A stretch of 64,000 bases of DNA from assembly GCA_044229985.1 (NCBI GenBank), contig JBGARY010000002.1:81420-145419 (forward strand). The letters run 5' to 3'. Source of the stretch: Chitinophagaceae bacterium (GTDB lineage Bacteria > Bacteroidota > Bacteroidia > Chitinophagales > Chitinophagaceae). The position numbers and the translations under genes were made by a program. Positions 43,493 through 53,647 of this stretch are shown one piece after another (position 1 is the stretch's first letter; the number at the start of each line of letters is the position of its first letter). The notes below the pieces were generated by a model. It did not search any database. It saw only the letters and a list, made by a program, of their open reading frames with translations, and was not told where the DNA came from.

Positions 43493-44196
43493 GCACTGAC
43501 CGCAAAACATCCATCTTACTGGTGGAGGATGAAGAGAACCTCCATGAAGCGCTGAAGCTGAACCTTGAGCTGGAGGGCTATGATGTTACTTCTGCTTTTG
43601 ACGGCGCTGCTGCCCTGAAAGCTATTCAATCGGAATATTTTGACCTGATCATCTTAGATGTAATGCTGCCGGAAGTGGACGGCATCAACGTTACGGAAAC
43701 TGTTCGCCTCACCAATAGTGAAGTACCTATTTTAATACTCAGCGCCAAAAATACCAGTGCCGACAGGGTGCTGGGGTTAAAGAAAGGCGCTGATGATTAC
43801 CTGACCAAGCCCTTCAACCTGGAAGAGTTGCTATTGCGGGTAAATAAACTCATCAATAAGAACAAAAAGCTGCAGGATAAATCAACGCTGGGCGATATCT
43901 ATTCTTTTGGCGGCAACACAATTGACTTCAAAGCACAGGAAGCAACCAAAAACGATGGTGAAAAAATTCAGCTGAGTAAGAAAGAATCCATGCTGCTGAA
44001 ACTGTTGATTGAAAATAAAAATGAAGTAGTGCCACGGGAAAAGATCCTGCAATCAGTTTGGGGCTATAATGTGTACCCCACCACGAGGACCATCGATAAT
44101 TTCATCCTGAACTTCCGCAAATATTTTGAAGAAGACAGCCGCAACCCGAAGTACTTCCATTCTGTAAGGGGTGTGGGTTATAAATACGCTGAATAA
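43489..44196 (+). CDS. OmpR/PhoB-type response regulator
   Basis: 235-aa ORF. REC domain (ILLVEDEENL, DLIILDVMLPEVDG) and winged helix (VRGVGYKY). The start overlaps the kinase stop (ATGA). Confidence 0.92.
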   Translation: MSTDRKTSILLVEDEENLHEALKLNLELEGYDVTSAFDGAAALKAIQSEYFDLIILDVMLPEVDGINVTETVRLTNSEVPILILSAKNTSADRVLGLKKGADDYLTKPFNLEELLLRVNKLINKNKKLQDKSTLGDIYSFGGNTIDFKAQEATKNDGEKIQLSKKESMLLKLLIENKNEVVPREKILQSVWGYNVYPTTRTIDNFILNFRKYFEEDSRNPKYFHSVRGVGYKYAE

Positions 44197-44199
44197 GCA

Positions 44200-45972
44200 T
44201 CATTCCAATGATGCCAGCACTTTGCGGGCATCTGCCAGTAGTTTTTCCTTATCACTTTCCAACGACGCCGTTGTATAAAGATGGGCCTCACATTCTGTCA
44301 ATATGTTAGTAATGGCAGAAATTATTTCCGTGTTGATCTCTTTTTCAGCTAAGATCGAAAACAGGGCTGTTTTTTTCAGGTTTGTTCCTTCCAGGCCAAA
44401 ATACTGTCCCAGCTTTTGCCAAATAACCCGGTGAAGCTCTTTATAAAATGCTGGATCATTATGCACCGCCAGTTGTGTAGCCTCCTGTAGTTGCTCTTCC
44501 ACCGATGGTGCATTTACCAAAACTTCATCCACTCTCACCACCACCGGTTCTTTCTTCCTGAATAACCAATAACCAAGTACAACCAAAAAAAGCCCCGCCA
44601 CAATACCGCCTGCTACAAGGCTGGCTTTACTGTTGATCCTGCTGATGGATTTTTTGTTCTCTCCGGCTTTCACCTCCTTCACCAGTTCGCCTTTTACAAG
44701 GAATCGTACCGGTTTGGTCGTAACAGTTTTGTACTGGTTACTATCGGGATCAAAAAAAGCATAAGAAATAGCCGGAATTTCAAAGCCACCTTCCCGGGTA
44801 CAAACAAAAGGATAGCGGAAGGTGCGGCTGCCGGATAACGGCGTTTTTGTTTTATCCAGTTTGTCTTCGTTAACCGGTTCAAATGTTTCAATGCCTGATG
44901 GCCATTGCACACCCGGTGCCGTCAGTTGCAAAAAATTTCCATTACCGCTTATGGCAACTTCCAGCCAGCCTTCTTCATTTTTTTTCAATTCTCTTTTTAG
45001 CAGGGAAGCACTGATCAGAAACTGACCGGTTGCCCCGCTGTATATAGCAGGTTTGTTCTTTTCGGGTGAAGGTTTTACATTAATGGTCACCGCTTCGCTT
45101 GCCATGCTGCTTTCAAACAGTTCAGCATCCTTATTGGTGGGTTCATCTTCTGCACCACCCAGCATGCCCTCTGCTATTTCCTGTTCCGTTTTTTTATTTA
45201 CGACACTTCGGGAAAACTCCACTTTATTCTTCACTTCCATCGGGTCGATGGTGAAAGACCCGGCCTGCAAGGGATAGAGCTGCACTTTGCGGATGGTGTG
45301 CACATCGTACACCTTTCCATTCAGCATTTCAGCTGCTACCTGTTTATCGGACAGGTTCACCATATCAAAAACAGTAAAGCCATAGAAACCGGGATTCTTA
45401 ACTATATCTGATTTTGATTCCAGCCTTGAATACAGTTTAAATGTAGCTGTAACCGGTTCACCGGCATAGCAACTATGTTTATCAACCAGCACTTTCAGGA
45501 AAAGATTCTTTTTGATCTTTTGATAAGGATCTTCACCCGGGCGAAGGATATAATCAGAACTCATGGCGGCCATTTCCCGGCCAAACATTAACGTGGCCTC
45601 CTCTTTTGTAATCACTTTTACCCACACATCATCGCTTTGCAGTATTTGTCCGTCAGCAACAACGGTAGTGCCGGGAATCAAAAACCGGCCCGGTCGGGTA
45701 GCTTCCAGGGTGTACACAAAATTCCTTAGCGACTTTGAACCATGAACGGATGGAACAGTGCCGGTATAGAGGTTGGGCCCCGTCACATAGCGAAAGTTTT
45801 TAAAGACCGGCGGCTTCAGGCTACTGGCATTATCAGCATCTTCCAATATGTACTGCACCTGGAAAGATTCGCCGGCCACCAATGGCTGCTGAGGCACCAC
45901 GGTTTTAAAACTAACCTGTGCCTGCAATAAAGCCGAACACAACAAAAACGCTATAGAGAAAAAAAATCGCAT
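44200..45972 (-). CDS. BatD-family (oxygen-tolerance) protein
   Basis: 590-aa ORF. Signal peptide, N-terminus QVSFKTVVPQQPLVAGESFQVQYIL typical of BatD, single TM (LVAGGIVAGLFLVVLGYWLF) and a helical tail. Confidence 0.7.
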   Translation of the reverse strand: MRFFFSIAFLLCSALLQAQVSFKTVVPQQPLVAGESFQVQYILEDADNASSLKPPVFKNFRYVTGPNLYTGTVPSVHGSKSLRNFVYTLEATRPGRFLIPGTTVVADGQILQSDDVWVKVITKEEATLMFGREMAAMSSDYILRPGEDPYQKIKKNLFLKVLVDKHSCYAGEPVTATFKLYSRLESKSDIVKNPGFYGFTVFDMVNLSDKQVAAEMLNGKVYDVHTIRKVQLYPLQAGSFTIDPMEVKNKVEFSRSVVNKKTEQEIAEGMLGGAEDEPTNKDAELFESSMASEAVTINVKPSPEKNKPAIYSGATGQFLISASLLKRELKKNEEGWLEVAISGNGNFLQLTAPGVQWPSGIETFEPVNEDKLDKTKTPLSGSRTFRYPFVCTREGGFEIPAISYAFFDPDSNQYKTVTTKPVRFLVKGELVKEVKAGENKKSISRINSKASLVAGGIVAGLFLVVLGYWLFRKKEPVVVRVDEVLVNAPSVEEQLQEATQLAVHNDPAFYKELHRVIWQKLGQYFGLEGTNLKKTALFSILAEKEINTEIISAITNILTECEAHLYTTASLESDKEKLLADARKVLASLE

Positions 45973-46107
45973 AATTACCCGGCTAAAGTAAAGATGCTTT
46001 TGAAAAAGAGGATGTAAAAGTTATGGGAGGGGGAATTGGGCAGAAGGACGGTTTAAATATCACTTTCGGGATTTGCTTATTCTATACTTTTACCTGCTGA
46101 TCTGGCT

Positions 46108-46686
46108 TTAATATGGCTTTGAATATCCTATAAAAACACAGGTGAGTTCATTTGTCTGAAAATCAAACAGTGCCCTGATATTTGTATCCAGACATATTAT
46201 TTGACATTGAGTTATTCCGGTATGCCCTGCAAAAGAAGATTCCTGGCAGCTAATCTTACAGTTTTGCATCGTTTGCAATTGGTCTATTGTTCGCTTATCG
46301 TTCATATAATTACCGTCAATATAAAGTTCTCCGTTAAAGACTTTTGTAGGCATATTATTCCAGTCAATATCAGGTTTTGTATTCCTATGGAGTTTTACTG
46401 CCACAGCAAGGGCGGCAGGATCATAGCCATTTTTACTAAACATCAGTCCAAGCTTGCTGTAAGTTATCCTTGCCCATTTAATAGCTGTGTGTGTACCTGG
46501 CTTCTGCTTACCGGTCATACTTTTTTCTTTTCCTTTTTGATTCAATAAGCTATCTAAAGTTGATTTACTGGTTTTTCCATTCACAAAAAAGGAATTGATA
46601 AATAAAGAATCATTTTTGAAATCAACCCTTTGCCCGATTATGGAATTGGAAAAAAGAAAAAGTATAGTCAGTAATAAAAATCGCAT
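46108..46686 (-). CDS. secreted hypothetical protein
   Basis: Start moved to ATG 46686 (MRFLLLTILFLFSNSIIGQ). No family recognised. Confidence 0.55.
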   Translation of the reverse strand: MRFLLLTILFLFSNSIIGQRVDFKNDSLFINSFFVNGKTSKSTLDSLLNQKGKEKSMTGKQKPGTHTAIKWARITYSKLGLMFSKNGYDPAALAVAVKLHRNTKPDIDWNNMPTKVFNGELYIDGNYMNDKRTIDQLQTMQNCKISCQESSFAGHTGITQCQIICLDTNIRALFDFQTNELTCVFIGYSKPY

Positions 46687-46734
46687 AAAAAATCTTTCAG
46701 TCAAAAAAGGCTGGTATATATAACAAGATTATAT

Positions 46735-47433
46735 CTACAAATCCCCCAACTGCGGTCGCACCACAATATCCTCCACGCAGGCCTGCGGTGATAAGTGCGA
46801 AGCAGCATACACCAGTTTGGCAATATCTGCTGCTTCCATGATGCGTTGCTGGCTGTTGTCAAAATCGCCCCATGAATCAGTCATTACCGCACCGGGGTGC
46901 ACGGCAGTTACTTTTATATTATACGGCTTCATTTCTTCCCGCAGGTTTTTGCTGAATCCGTACAGGGCAAATTTGCTGATGCTGTAAGCGCCGCCATTGG
47001 CATAAGCATCCAGCGATGCTATGGAACACATATTAAAAATATGTCCCGATCTTTTTTCCATCATCCAGGGCAGTACGGCCCGGGTGACATGATAAGCGCT
47101 GTACAGGTTTACTGCCAGCTGGCTTTCCAGTGTTCCTTCCGGTTCATTGTGCACACTGCCCGGTTCAAAAAAGCCTGCATTGTTTACCAGTACGTCCGGC
47201 ACACCATATTCCAGGCACCAGGCGCCAAAAGCCTTGGCCTCTTCCTTACGGCTGAGATCAAAAGGCTTTGCTTTGATGATAGCAGCAGGATATTTGGTCA
47301 TCAACTCTTCCATGGTTTTATACAAAGCCACTTCGCCTCTTGAACAGAGGAACAAATGATGGCCGTATGCGGCAAAAATTTCTGCTATGGCTTTTCCGAT
47401 TCCTTTTGAAGCACCGGTGATAACTACATTCAT
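46735..47433 (-). CDS. classical short-chain dehydrogenase/reductase
   Basis: 232-aa ORF. Motifs TGASKGIG, NNAG, YSISK. Confidence 0.88.
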   Translation of the reverse strand: MNVVITGASKGIGKAIAEIFAAYGHHLFLCSRGEVALYKTMEELMTKYPAAIIKAKPFDLSRKEEAKAFGAWCLEYGVPDVLVNNAGFFEPGSVHNEPEGTLESQLAVNLYSAYHVTRAVLPWMMEKRSGHIFNMCSIASLDAYANGGAYSISKFALYGFSKNLREEMKPYNIKVTAVHPGAVMTDSWGDFDNSQQRIMEAADIAKLVYAASHLSPQACVEDIVVRPQLGDL

Positions 47434-47438
47434 AATTC

Positions 47439-47500
47439 GAAGTTAGAAATACGAAGTACGAACATTTTTACCGTACTTCTTACTTTGTACTTCGTACTTT
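47439..47500. promoter_or_regulatory. symmetric array of GAAGTAC/GTACTTC heptamers (possible operator) between divergent SDR and HAD genes
   Basis: gaagtta 47439-45 and gaagtac 47453-59 on the top strand. gtacttc 47473-79, 47487-93 and degenerate gtacttt 47494-500 are their reverse complements. Confidence 0.3.
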
Positions 47501-47506
47501 GCAGGC

Positions 47507-48214
47507 ATGAGATACCGTCACCTTTTTTTTGACCTGGACCACACCCTTTGGGACTTCGAAGCCAACAGCCGTCAAACCCTGGATGAATTGTACCATTCAC
47601 TCAACCTGGCCGAAAAGGGTATCCATGATTTTGAGTTATTTCACAAAAACTATCTCGTACACAACGATAAACTATGGGATCGCTACCGCAACGGCTATAT
47701 CAAAGTAGATGAACTGCGCTGGAAGAGAATGTGGCTGACCTTGCTGGATTTCAAAATTGCAGATGAACCACTGGCCAGGGAAATGGGAGTCCGCTTCCTC
47801 GACTTGCTGCCCACCCGGAAGCTACTTTTTCCTTACACTTTTGAAATACTGGACTATCTCTCAGCCAAAAAATATGAGCTGCACCTGATCACCAATGGTT
47901 TTGAAAAAACACAGCACAGCAAGCTGAAATATTCAGGACTAGATAAATATTTCCGGCATGTGATTACTTCGGAAGGCAGCAACAGCCTGAAACCACATAA
48001 GGAGATCTTCGATTATGCTTTTCAGAAAACCGGGGCAGCCCCGGAGCAAAGCATTATGATCGGCGATACCATGGAAGTGGATATTTTAGGCGCTATGAAT
48101 GCGGGAATTGATCAAATACATGTGAACCATCTGACAGATAAAATAGAACTAATAAATGATAATAAACCGACTTATACGGTTTATTCGTTGAAGGAGTTAG
48201 AAGGGATCTTTTAG
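47507..48214 (+). CDS. HAD-family hydrolase (YjjG-like nucleotidase type)
   Basis: 235-aa ORF. HAD motif I LFFDLDHTLWD and C-terminal GDTMEVDILGAMNAG. Confidence 0.85.
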   Translation: MRYRHLFFDLDHTLWDFEANSRQTLDELYHSLNLAEKGIHDFELFHKNYLVHNDKLWDRYRNGYIKVDELRWKRMWLTLLDFKIADEPLAREMGVRFLDLLPTRKLLFPYTFEILDYLSAKKYELHLITNGFEKTQHSKLKYSGLDKYFRHVITSEGSNSLKPHKEIFDYAFQKTGAAPEQSIMIGDTMEVDILGAMNAGIDQIHVNHLTDKIELINDNKPTYTVYSLKELEGIF

Positions 48215-48293
48215 TGTCACATAAAGACACAAAGTACGCTGAGTATATCAGGTGAATAAACTCTTTGAGTTCCTGGTGGCTTAGTGGCATCCC

Positions 48294-48953
48294 TTATAAG
48301 GTTGCAATCACCGTCACACCACCTTGTGGCTTGTCACCGATCTTTACATTGATCTTTGCATCCAGCGGCAGCAGCAAATCTACCCTTGAGCCTAATTTGA
48401 TAAAGCCCATTTCTTCGGTTTGCTTCACCTGCATACCGGGTTGCAGGTAATTAACGATACGTTTGGCAAGGGCCCCGGCAATTTGTTTTACCAGTATTTC
48501 TTTTCCGCTGTTGCTGCGGTACACCACAGAATGTCTTTCATTCTCCGTAGATGACTTAGGATGCCATGCCACCAGGTACTTGCCTTTGTGGTACTGGCTG
48601 TACAACACTTCACCGCTAACTGGATTACGGTTTACATGCACATTCAGCGGACTCATGAAAATAGAAACCTGGATGCGCCGGTCTGTAAAGTACTCATCGG
48701 CTTGCACTTCCTCAATCACCACTACTTTACCATCTGCAGGGGCAACGATTGCATTCTCCTGAATGGTATGATTTCTTTTGGGTATCCGGAAAAAAGAAAT
48801 CAAAAAGAGCAGCAATCCGAGGGTGATAATAAAAAGCAGAAGGCTGATATAAGGAGCCGAGGGGCTTAAAAAATAAAACGAAGCCAGGTTGATGATTCCA
48901 AATACAATTGTACTGTATGCAATGGTCTTATAGCCTTCTTTGTGGATTGTCAT
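48294..48953 (-). CDS. psd: phosphatidylserine decarboxylase family protein
   Basis: Start moved to ATG 48953 (MTIHKEGYKTIAYS). Two N-terminal TM helices and a C-terminal FIKLGSRVDLLLP self-processing-type motif. Confidence 0.85.
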   Translation of the reverse strand: MTIHKEGYKTIAYSTIVFGIINLASFYFLSPSAPYISLLLFIITLGLLLFLISFFRIPKRNHTIQENAIVAPADGKVVVIEEVQADEYFTDRRIQVSIFMSPLNVHVNRNPVSGEVLYSQYHKGKYLVAWHPKSSTENERHSVVYRSNSGKEILVKQIAGALAKRIVNYLQPGMQVKQTEEMGFIKLGSRVDLLLPLDAKINVKIGDKPQGGVTVIATL

Positions 48954-49040
48954 GCGGCAAATATACTGTCCCTGAAGCAATAAGTACCTGCAGGCATCCA
49001 ATTGTCAGCTCTGTTTGATCAGAAAAATAATAATAACTGG

Positions 49041-49424
49041 TTACTCCTGCCCTGCACCATAAGCAATGGCAAAAATGATGAATGCTAACAGCATCACCCC
49101 TAAAATAATCAGCAATACCAATAGCCAGCCTTTCATTTTCCTTTTATTAGCAAAAAACTCACCTGCTGAAATATCCGGGTTAGAACGAATGGCCTTTTTC
49201 ATAGCACCTCTCATAAAACTCATGGCAAACCGTTGCTCCATATTCAAGGGCTTACCAGTAATAACAATAATATCCTTATGCTTAAGTTTCACCAGCTCTT
49301 TCAGCGGCATTTTATACAGTGCATGGGGAAGGGGAAAAGGAGCTTTGGAAATAACAGGAGTTGACGCATAAATAAAGTCAGTGCATAAAAAACATAAAAG
49401 GAATAGTATTACATACTTTCTCAT
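49041..49424 (-). CDS. hypothetical membrane-anchored protein
   Basis: 127-aa ORF. Signal peptide, LKELVKLKHKDIIVITGKPL motif and a C-terminal TM. Resembles 1090..1566. Confidence 0.55.
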   Translation of the reverse strand: MRKYVILFLLCFLCTDFIYASTPVISKAPFPLPHALYKMPLKELVKLKHKDIIVITGKPLNMEQRFAMSFMRGAMKKAIRSNPDISAGEFFANKRKMKGWLLVLLIILGVMLLAFIIFAIAYGAGQE

Positions 49425-49481
49425 ACAAGTTGATTTAATGGTATAGTCGAATTTAAATCAAATAATTCGTAAAATTAACAG

Positions 49482-50405
49482 CTAAAAAATAAGGAATAAA
49501 TAAAACCACACTACTGGGCCTGCCAATAACAAAGAATCAAAACGGTCCATAAAACCGCCATGGCCGGGCATGATCTGGCCGCTGTCTTTTACACCAGCCA
49601 TTCGTTTTAATTTGGATTCGAGCAGATCGCCGAACGTTCCGGCAATGGCGGCGATGGCAGCAATAACAAACCAATGATAACTATCTATCTCAAACACAAA
49701 GCCCGGCAAATGATACTGAAGGGGAATAAAAAATTTCGCCATTAATCCCACCACAACAATGGCCAGGATAATACCTCCTATGGTTCCCTCCCATGTTTTT
49801 TTAGGTGATATTTTTGACAGCGGTGTTTTGCCAATCAGGGAACCAACAATATAGGCCATCGTATCATTGATCCAGATGGTGGCAATGATCACAATCGGAA
49901 TGATCACAAAGAAAATTTTTAAACTGCCGGCCGAAAAAACAATATCGCTTCCATAAAAGAAGGAATCAATAAATCCGGTCAAATCCATCATCAACCCCCA
50001 GCTTAGTGAGATGTAGAGAAGGCCCAGCAATCCCATTCCAAATGCATGCAGATGCACCGGGTTGGTCAAAAATATGCCAATGATCAATAAAAGAAATCCT
50101 GCCCCTGAAACAGGCATAGAAAAATTTTCGGAAAGGCTATAACCGGCTATATGGTAATTATCCTTACAAAACCAAAGCATCAGTCCATAACCGGCCAGCA
50201 TGAAACCCAGTTTTGCATTGATGTGAATGGAAGTACTGTAAATTTTTTCTGTCAGCTTTAGATACTCCCACCAGCAACCAAAATGAATGACGGAAAATAG
50301 AATGAAAAAGCTCCATTTATTCCAAAGTAGTCCCGCCAGCATGACTGCCACAAATACAATTGCTGTAAGAGCCCGGGTTTTAAAAACTGACCAGTTAAAT
50401 GCCAT
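49482..50405 (-). CDS. cdsA: phosphatidate cytidylyltransferase
   Basis: 307-aa multi-TM ORF. Signature SKLKRMAGVKDSGQIMPGHGGFMDRFDSLL. Confidence 0.85.
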   Translation of the reverse strand: MAFNWSVFKTRALTAIVFVAVMLAGLLWNKWSFFILFSVIHFGCWWEYLKLTEKIYSTSIHINAKLGFMLAGYGLMLWFCKDNYHIAGYSLSENFSMPVSGAGFLLLIIGIFLTNPVHLHAFGMGLLGLLYISLSWGLMMDLTGFIDSFFYGSDIVFSAGSLKIFFVIIPIVIIATIWINDTMAYIVGSLIGKTPLSKISPKKTWEGTIGGIILAIVVVGLMAKFFIPLQYHLPGFVFEIDSYHWFVIAAIAAIAGTFGDLLESKLKRMAGVKDSGQIMPGHGGFMDRFDSLLLAGPVVWFYLFLIF

Positions 50406-50419
50406 GGCAGGGTGATACT

Positions 50420-51373
50420 TTAATAAAATGGTGTATTTCGGAGTTCTTCATTTTTATCAGCCGGGGGCAACTCTTCTTCCGGTTTTCTCGCATACTTTTT
50501 AAACAGTAACAGCAAAAGTATCACTACAGGCAAGGCGATAAATCCCCAATAGGCCGTGTCATTCCCTTCCTTGATGGCTTCTGCCATGGGTTTCCCCTGC
50601 AGTTTATATACATACACTACTGTAATGGCCAGTGCATTGTTGACAAAATGCGCCAGTATGCTCAGCCAGAGTTTACCGGAGAAATAGTAGATCAATCCCA
50701 ACATCACTCCGAGGAAGACTCTTGACAAAAATCCATAGTAAGAAAAATGAGCAATGCTGAAAAGGATACTTACAATTACAACAGACAGCCAGGCATTGCG
50801 GGTGGCACGGGTAAGGAAATTTTGCAAACCGCCCCGGAATAAAGTTTCTTCACAAAGCGCCGGCAAAAAAGCCATGACCAGAATGGCAACCACATAATCA
50901 AAGGTGCTGTTAAGGCTCAAAATTGCTTCTGCCTGTTTGTTGTAATCACCTTCCATTTTGTCGAAGGTCTTTCTCAGTGATTCGGTGATGGGAATCTGTT
51001 CATTCAGCCAGGCAAATCCACCGGAAACAAACAGGGCGGTGAGCATGATACCTATAACTAAAGATGCTTCAGTAAAATTACTGTTGCCGGTGAAGCCTAA
51101 TAACCGAAATGGTTTTCTGCTCATCATTTTGGCAGTAAGTAGTGTGGGCAGAAAGAAACCAAATATCGCCGAGATACATTGAATAACTTTCACTGCATTA
51201 CTGTTGACCGGATCGCTGATGGCTTTTTCCATGCTGGTGATAGGAAGACCTGTCATGTTTGTCCATACCGGTATGCTTAATATGCCTGCAAGTATTGAGC
51301 CTGCTATTGCAAAGGCAATCAGCATAAAAAAACCTGCTGTGTAGGATATTCCTTTCGAATGACTGTCGTACAT
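50420..51373 (-). CDS. CPBP-family intramembrane glutamic endopeptidase
   Basis: 317-aa multi-TM ORF. Motifs CEETLFRG, FSIAHF, HFVNN. Confidence 0.8.
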   Translation of the reverse strand: MYDSHSKGISYTAGFFMLIAFAIAGSILAGILSIPVWTNMTGLPITSMEKAISDPVNSNAVKVIQCISAIFGFFLPTLLTAKMMSRKPFRLLGFTGNSNFTEASLVIGIMLTALFVSGGFAWLNEQIPITESLRKTFDKMEGDYNKQAEAILSLNSTFDYVVAILVMAFLPALCEETLFRGGLQNFLTRATRNAWLSVVIVSILFSIAHFSYYGFLSRVFLGVMLGLIYYFSGKLWLSILAHFVNNALAITVVYVYKLQGKPMAEAIKEGNDTAYWGFIALPVVILLLLLFKKYARKPEEELPPADKNEELRNTPFY

Positions 51374-51412
51374 AAACTCTGCTGATTAAGCTGTAAATTT
51401 GCCGTTTCTTAA

Positions 51413-52453
51413 ATGGTAAAGATAGGCAACATACAACTTCCTGATTTCCCGCTGTTGCTGGCACCGATGGAGGATGTCAGCGATCCGCCGTTCCGTGCCG
51501 TTTGCAAGGACAACGGGGCTGATTTAATGTACACCGAGTTCATCAGCAGCGAAGGATTGATCCGGGACGCCATCAAAAGCCGAAAGAAGCTGGACATATT
51601 TGACTACGAACGGCCCGTTGGCATACAAATTTTTGGCGGTGATGAAGAGAGCCTTTCGCTGGCTGCCAAAATTGTGGAAGTAACCAATCCCGATTTACTC
51701 GATATAAATTTTGGTTGCCCGGTAAAGAAAGTAGCCCTGAAAGGCGCCGGCGCCGGTGTGCTAAAAGACATTGACCTGATGGTAAGGCTGACTTCGGCAG
51801 TTGTAAAATCCACTTCCTTACCCGTTACCGTAAAAACGAGATTGGGCTGGGATGATAGTACCAGGAACATTGAAGAAGTTGCCGAACGTTTACAGGATGT
51901 GGGTATCAAGGCACTTGCTATTCATGGCCGTACCAGAACACAGATGTATAAAGGTGAAGCCGACTGGACATTAATCGGTAAGGTGAAAAACAATCCCCGC
52001 ATTCAGATTCCCATCTTTGGCAACGGTGATATTGATTCTCCTGAAAAAGCACTGGAATACAAAAACCGGTATGGTGTAGATGGTATCATGATCGGCCGGG
52101 CGGCTATAGGTTATCCCTGGATATTTAATGAGATCAAACATTTCATCAAAACAGGAGAACATTTAGCAGCACCCACGATTGAAGACCGGGTAGCTGTTTG
52201 TAAAAAACATTTACATAAATCTGTTGAATGGAAAAACCCGGTAGTAGGAGTAAATGAAATGAGAAGGCATTATGCCAACTACCTGAAAGGCCTCCCGAAT
52301 ATCAAAGAATACCGCAACAAACTGGTAACCCTTAAATCAGTTGAAAAAATTGATGCCGTTCTGAACGAAATTGAAAAGGTGTACACAGGTTATACTTTTG
52401 AAAAAACTCCCATCGAACTGATCAACTATCACGAAAAGTGCCCGGTTAATTAG
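51413..52453 (+). CDS. dusB: tRNA dihydrouridine synthase
   Basis: 346-aa ORF. Motifs LLAPMEDVSDPPFR, INFGCP, HGRTR. Confidence 0.92.
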   Translation: MVKIGNIQLPDFPLLLAPMEDVSDPPFRAVCKDNGADLMYTEFISSEGLIRDAIKSRKKLDIFDYERPVGIQIFGGDEESLSLAAKIVEVTNPDLLDINFGCPVKKVALKGAGAGVLKDIDLMVRLTSAVVKSTSLPVTVKTRLGWDDSTRNIEEVAERLQDVGIKALAIHGRTRTQMYKGEADWTLIGKVKNNPRIQIPIFGNGDIDSPEKALEYKNRYGVDGIMIGRAAIGYPWIFNEIKHFIKTGEHLAAPTIEDRVAVCKKHLHKSVEWKNPVVGVNEMRRHYANYLKGLPNIKEYRNKLVTLKSVEKIDAVLNEIEKVYTGYTFEKTPIELINYHEKCPVN

Positions 52454-52482
52454 GGTCGGTGTAACTTCACACAAATAACTTT

Positions 52483-53400
52483 ATGCAAACCATACTCGGG
52501 GCCAGTGGTGTTATTGGTACTGAACTGGCCAAAGCCTTAACGGCTTATACTTCTTCTATTCGTTTGGTCAGCCGTAATCCCAAAAAAGTAAATGAGACCG
52601 ATGAACTTTTTGCTGCCGATCTGTTGAATGCAGCGCAAACGGAAGCAGCTGTAAAAGGTGCTGAAATTGTTTACCTCACTGCAGGTTTAGTTTATAAAAC
52701 AACGGTGTGGCGGGAACAATGGCCAGCTGTTATGCGTAATGTGATTGATGCCTGTAAAAAACAGGGAGCCAAACTCGTTTTCTTTGATAACATTTATATG
52801 TATGGGCCGGTCACAGGCATCATGACAGAAGAAACAACTTTTAATCCCACCAGTGAAAAGGGAAAAATCAGGGCTGCTATTGTTAATATGCTTCTGGATG
52901 AAGTAAAAAGCGGGAATCTTACTGCTATGATCTGCCGGGCACCGGAATTTTATGGACCTGGTAAAACACTGAGTGTGGTCAACGCCATGGTATTTGATAA
53001 TATCCGAAAAGACAAGAAGGCGCAATGGCTGATCACAGATAAATCGAAAAGAACATTTATTTATACACCTGATGCCGGAAAAGCAACTGCATTACTGGCC
53101 AATTCTCCCAATACATGGAACCAGACATGGCATTTGCCCTGTGATAATAGCTTTCCGACAGGTAAAGAATTCATGCAATTGATTAACGAAGTAACAGGCA
53201 AAGAAATTAATTACGGTATTCTTCCCCGATTTATGGTAAATATGGCGGGATTATTTGTATCGAATATCAGGGAAATCAAAGAATTGCTTTACCAGTTTGA
53301 GCAGGATTATATTTTCAGCAGCGACAAGTTCAGAAAGGCTTTCCCCTCCTTCAGCATTACCAGCTACAGGGAAGGTATTGCAGCCATACTTAACCAGTAG
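52483..53400 (+). CDS. NAD(P)-dependent epimerase/NmrA-like oxidoreductase
   Basis: 305-aa ORF. Rossmann-type start ILGASGVIGTELAK. Substrate unknown. Confidence 0.75.
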   Translation: MQTILGASGVIGTELAKALTAYTSSIRLVSRNPKKVNETDELFAADLLNAAQTEAAVKGAEIVYLTAGLVYKTTVWREQWPAVMRNVIDACKKQGAKLVFFDNIYMYGPVTGIMTEETTFNPTSEKGKIRAAIVNMLLDEVKSGNLTAMICRAPEFYGPGKTLSVVNAMVFDNIRKDKKAQWLITDKSKRTFIYTPDAGKATALLANSPNTWNQTWHLPCDNSFPTGKEFMQLINEVTGKEINYGILPRFMVNMAGLFVSNIREIKELLYQFEQDYIFSSDKFRKAFPSFSITSYREGIAAILNQ

Positions 53401-53641
53401 GCTTTTTATTCGGTGTTGATTTCAATAACCCGATAATTGAAACAAGACACCACACTCCTTCCAGTACCACAAATGGCCAGTACTGTATCAACCAGGATGC
53501 ATAACAGGCCAATCCTGCCCCAACGATATTCAACAGGTAGAATACTTTGTTTTTGTTGCTGAGCCAGCCAAAAACATTGAGGAAGTAGGCAAGCAAAATG
53601 AGGCTTACCCCGATAGTGCCAATGATGTCGTTAAAATTCAT
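53390..53641 (-). CDS. small 3-TM membrane protein
   Basis: 83-aa ORF with three hydrophobic helices. Last gene of the ALDH-Gpx string. Its 3' end overlaps the convergent gene by 11 nt. Confidence 0.55.
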   Translation of the reverse strand: MNFNDIIGTIGVSLILLAYFLNVFGWLSNKNKVFYLLNIVGAGLACYASWLIQYWPFVVLEGVWCLVSIIGLLKSTPNKKPTG

Positions 53642-53647
53642 CTTCGG

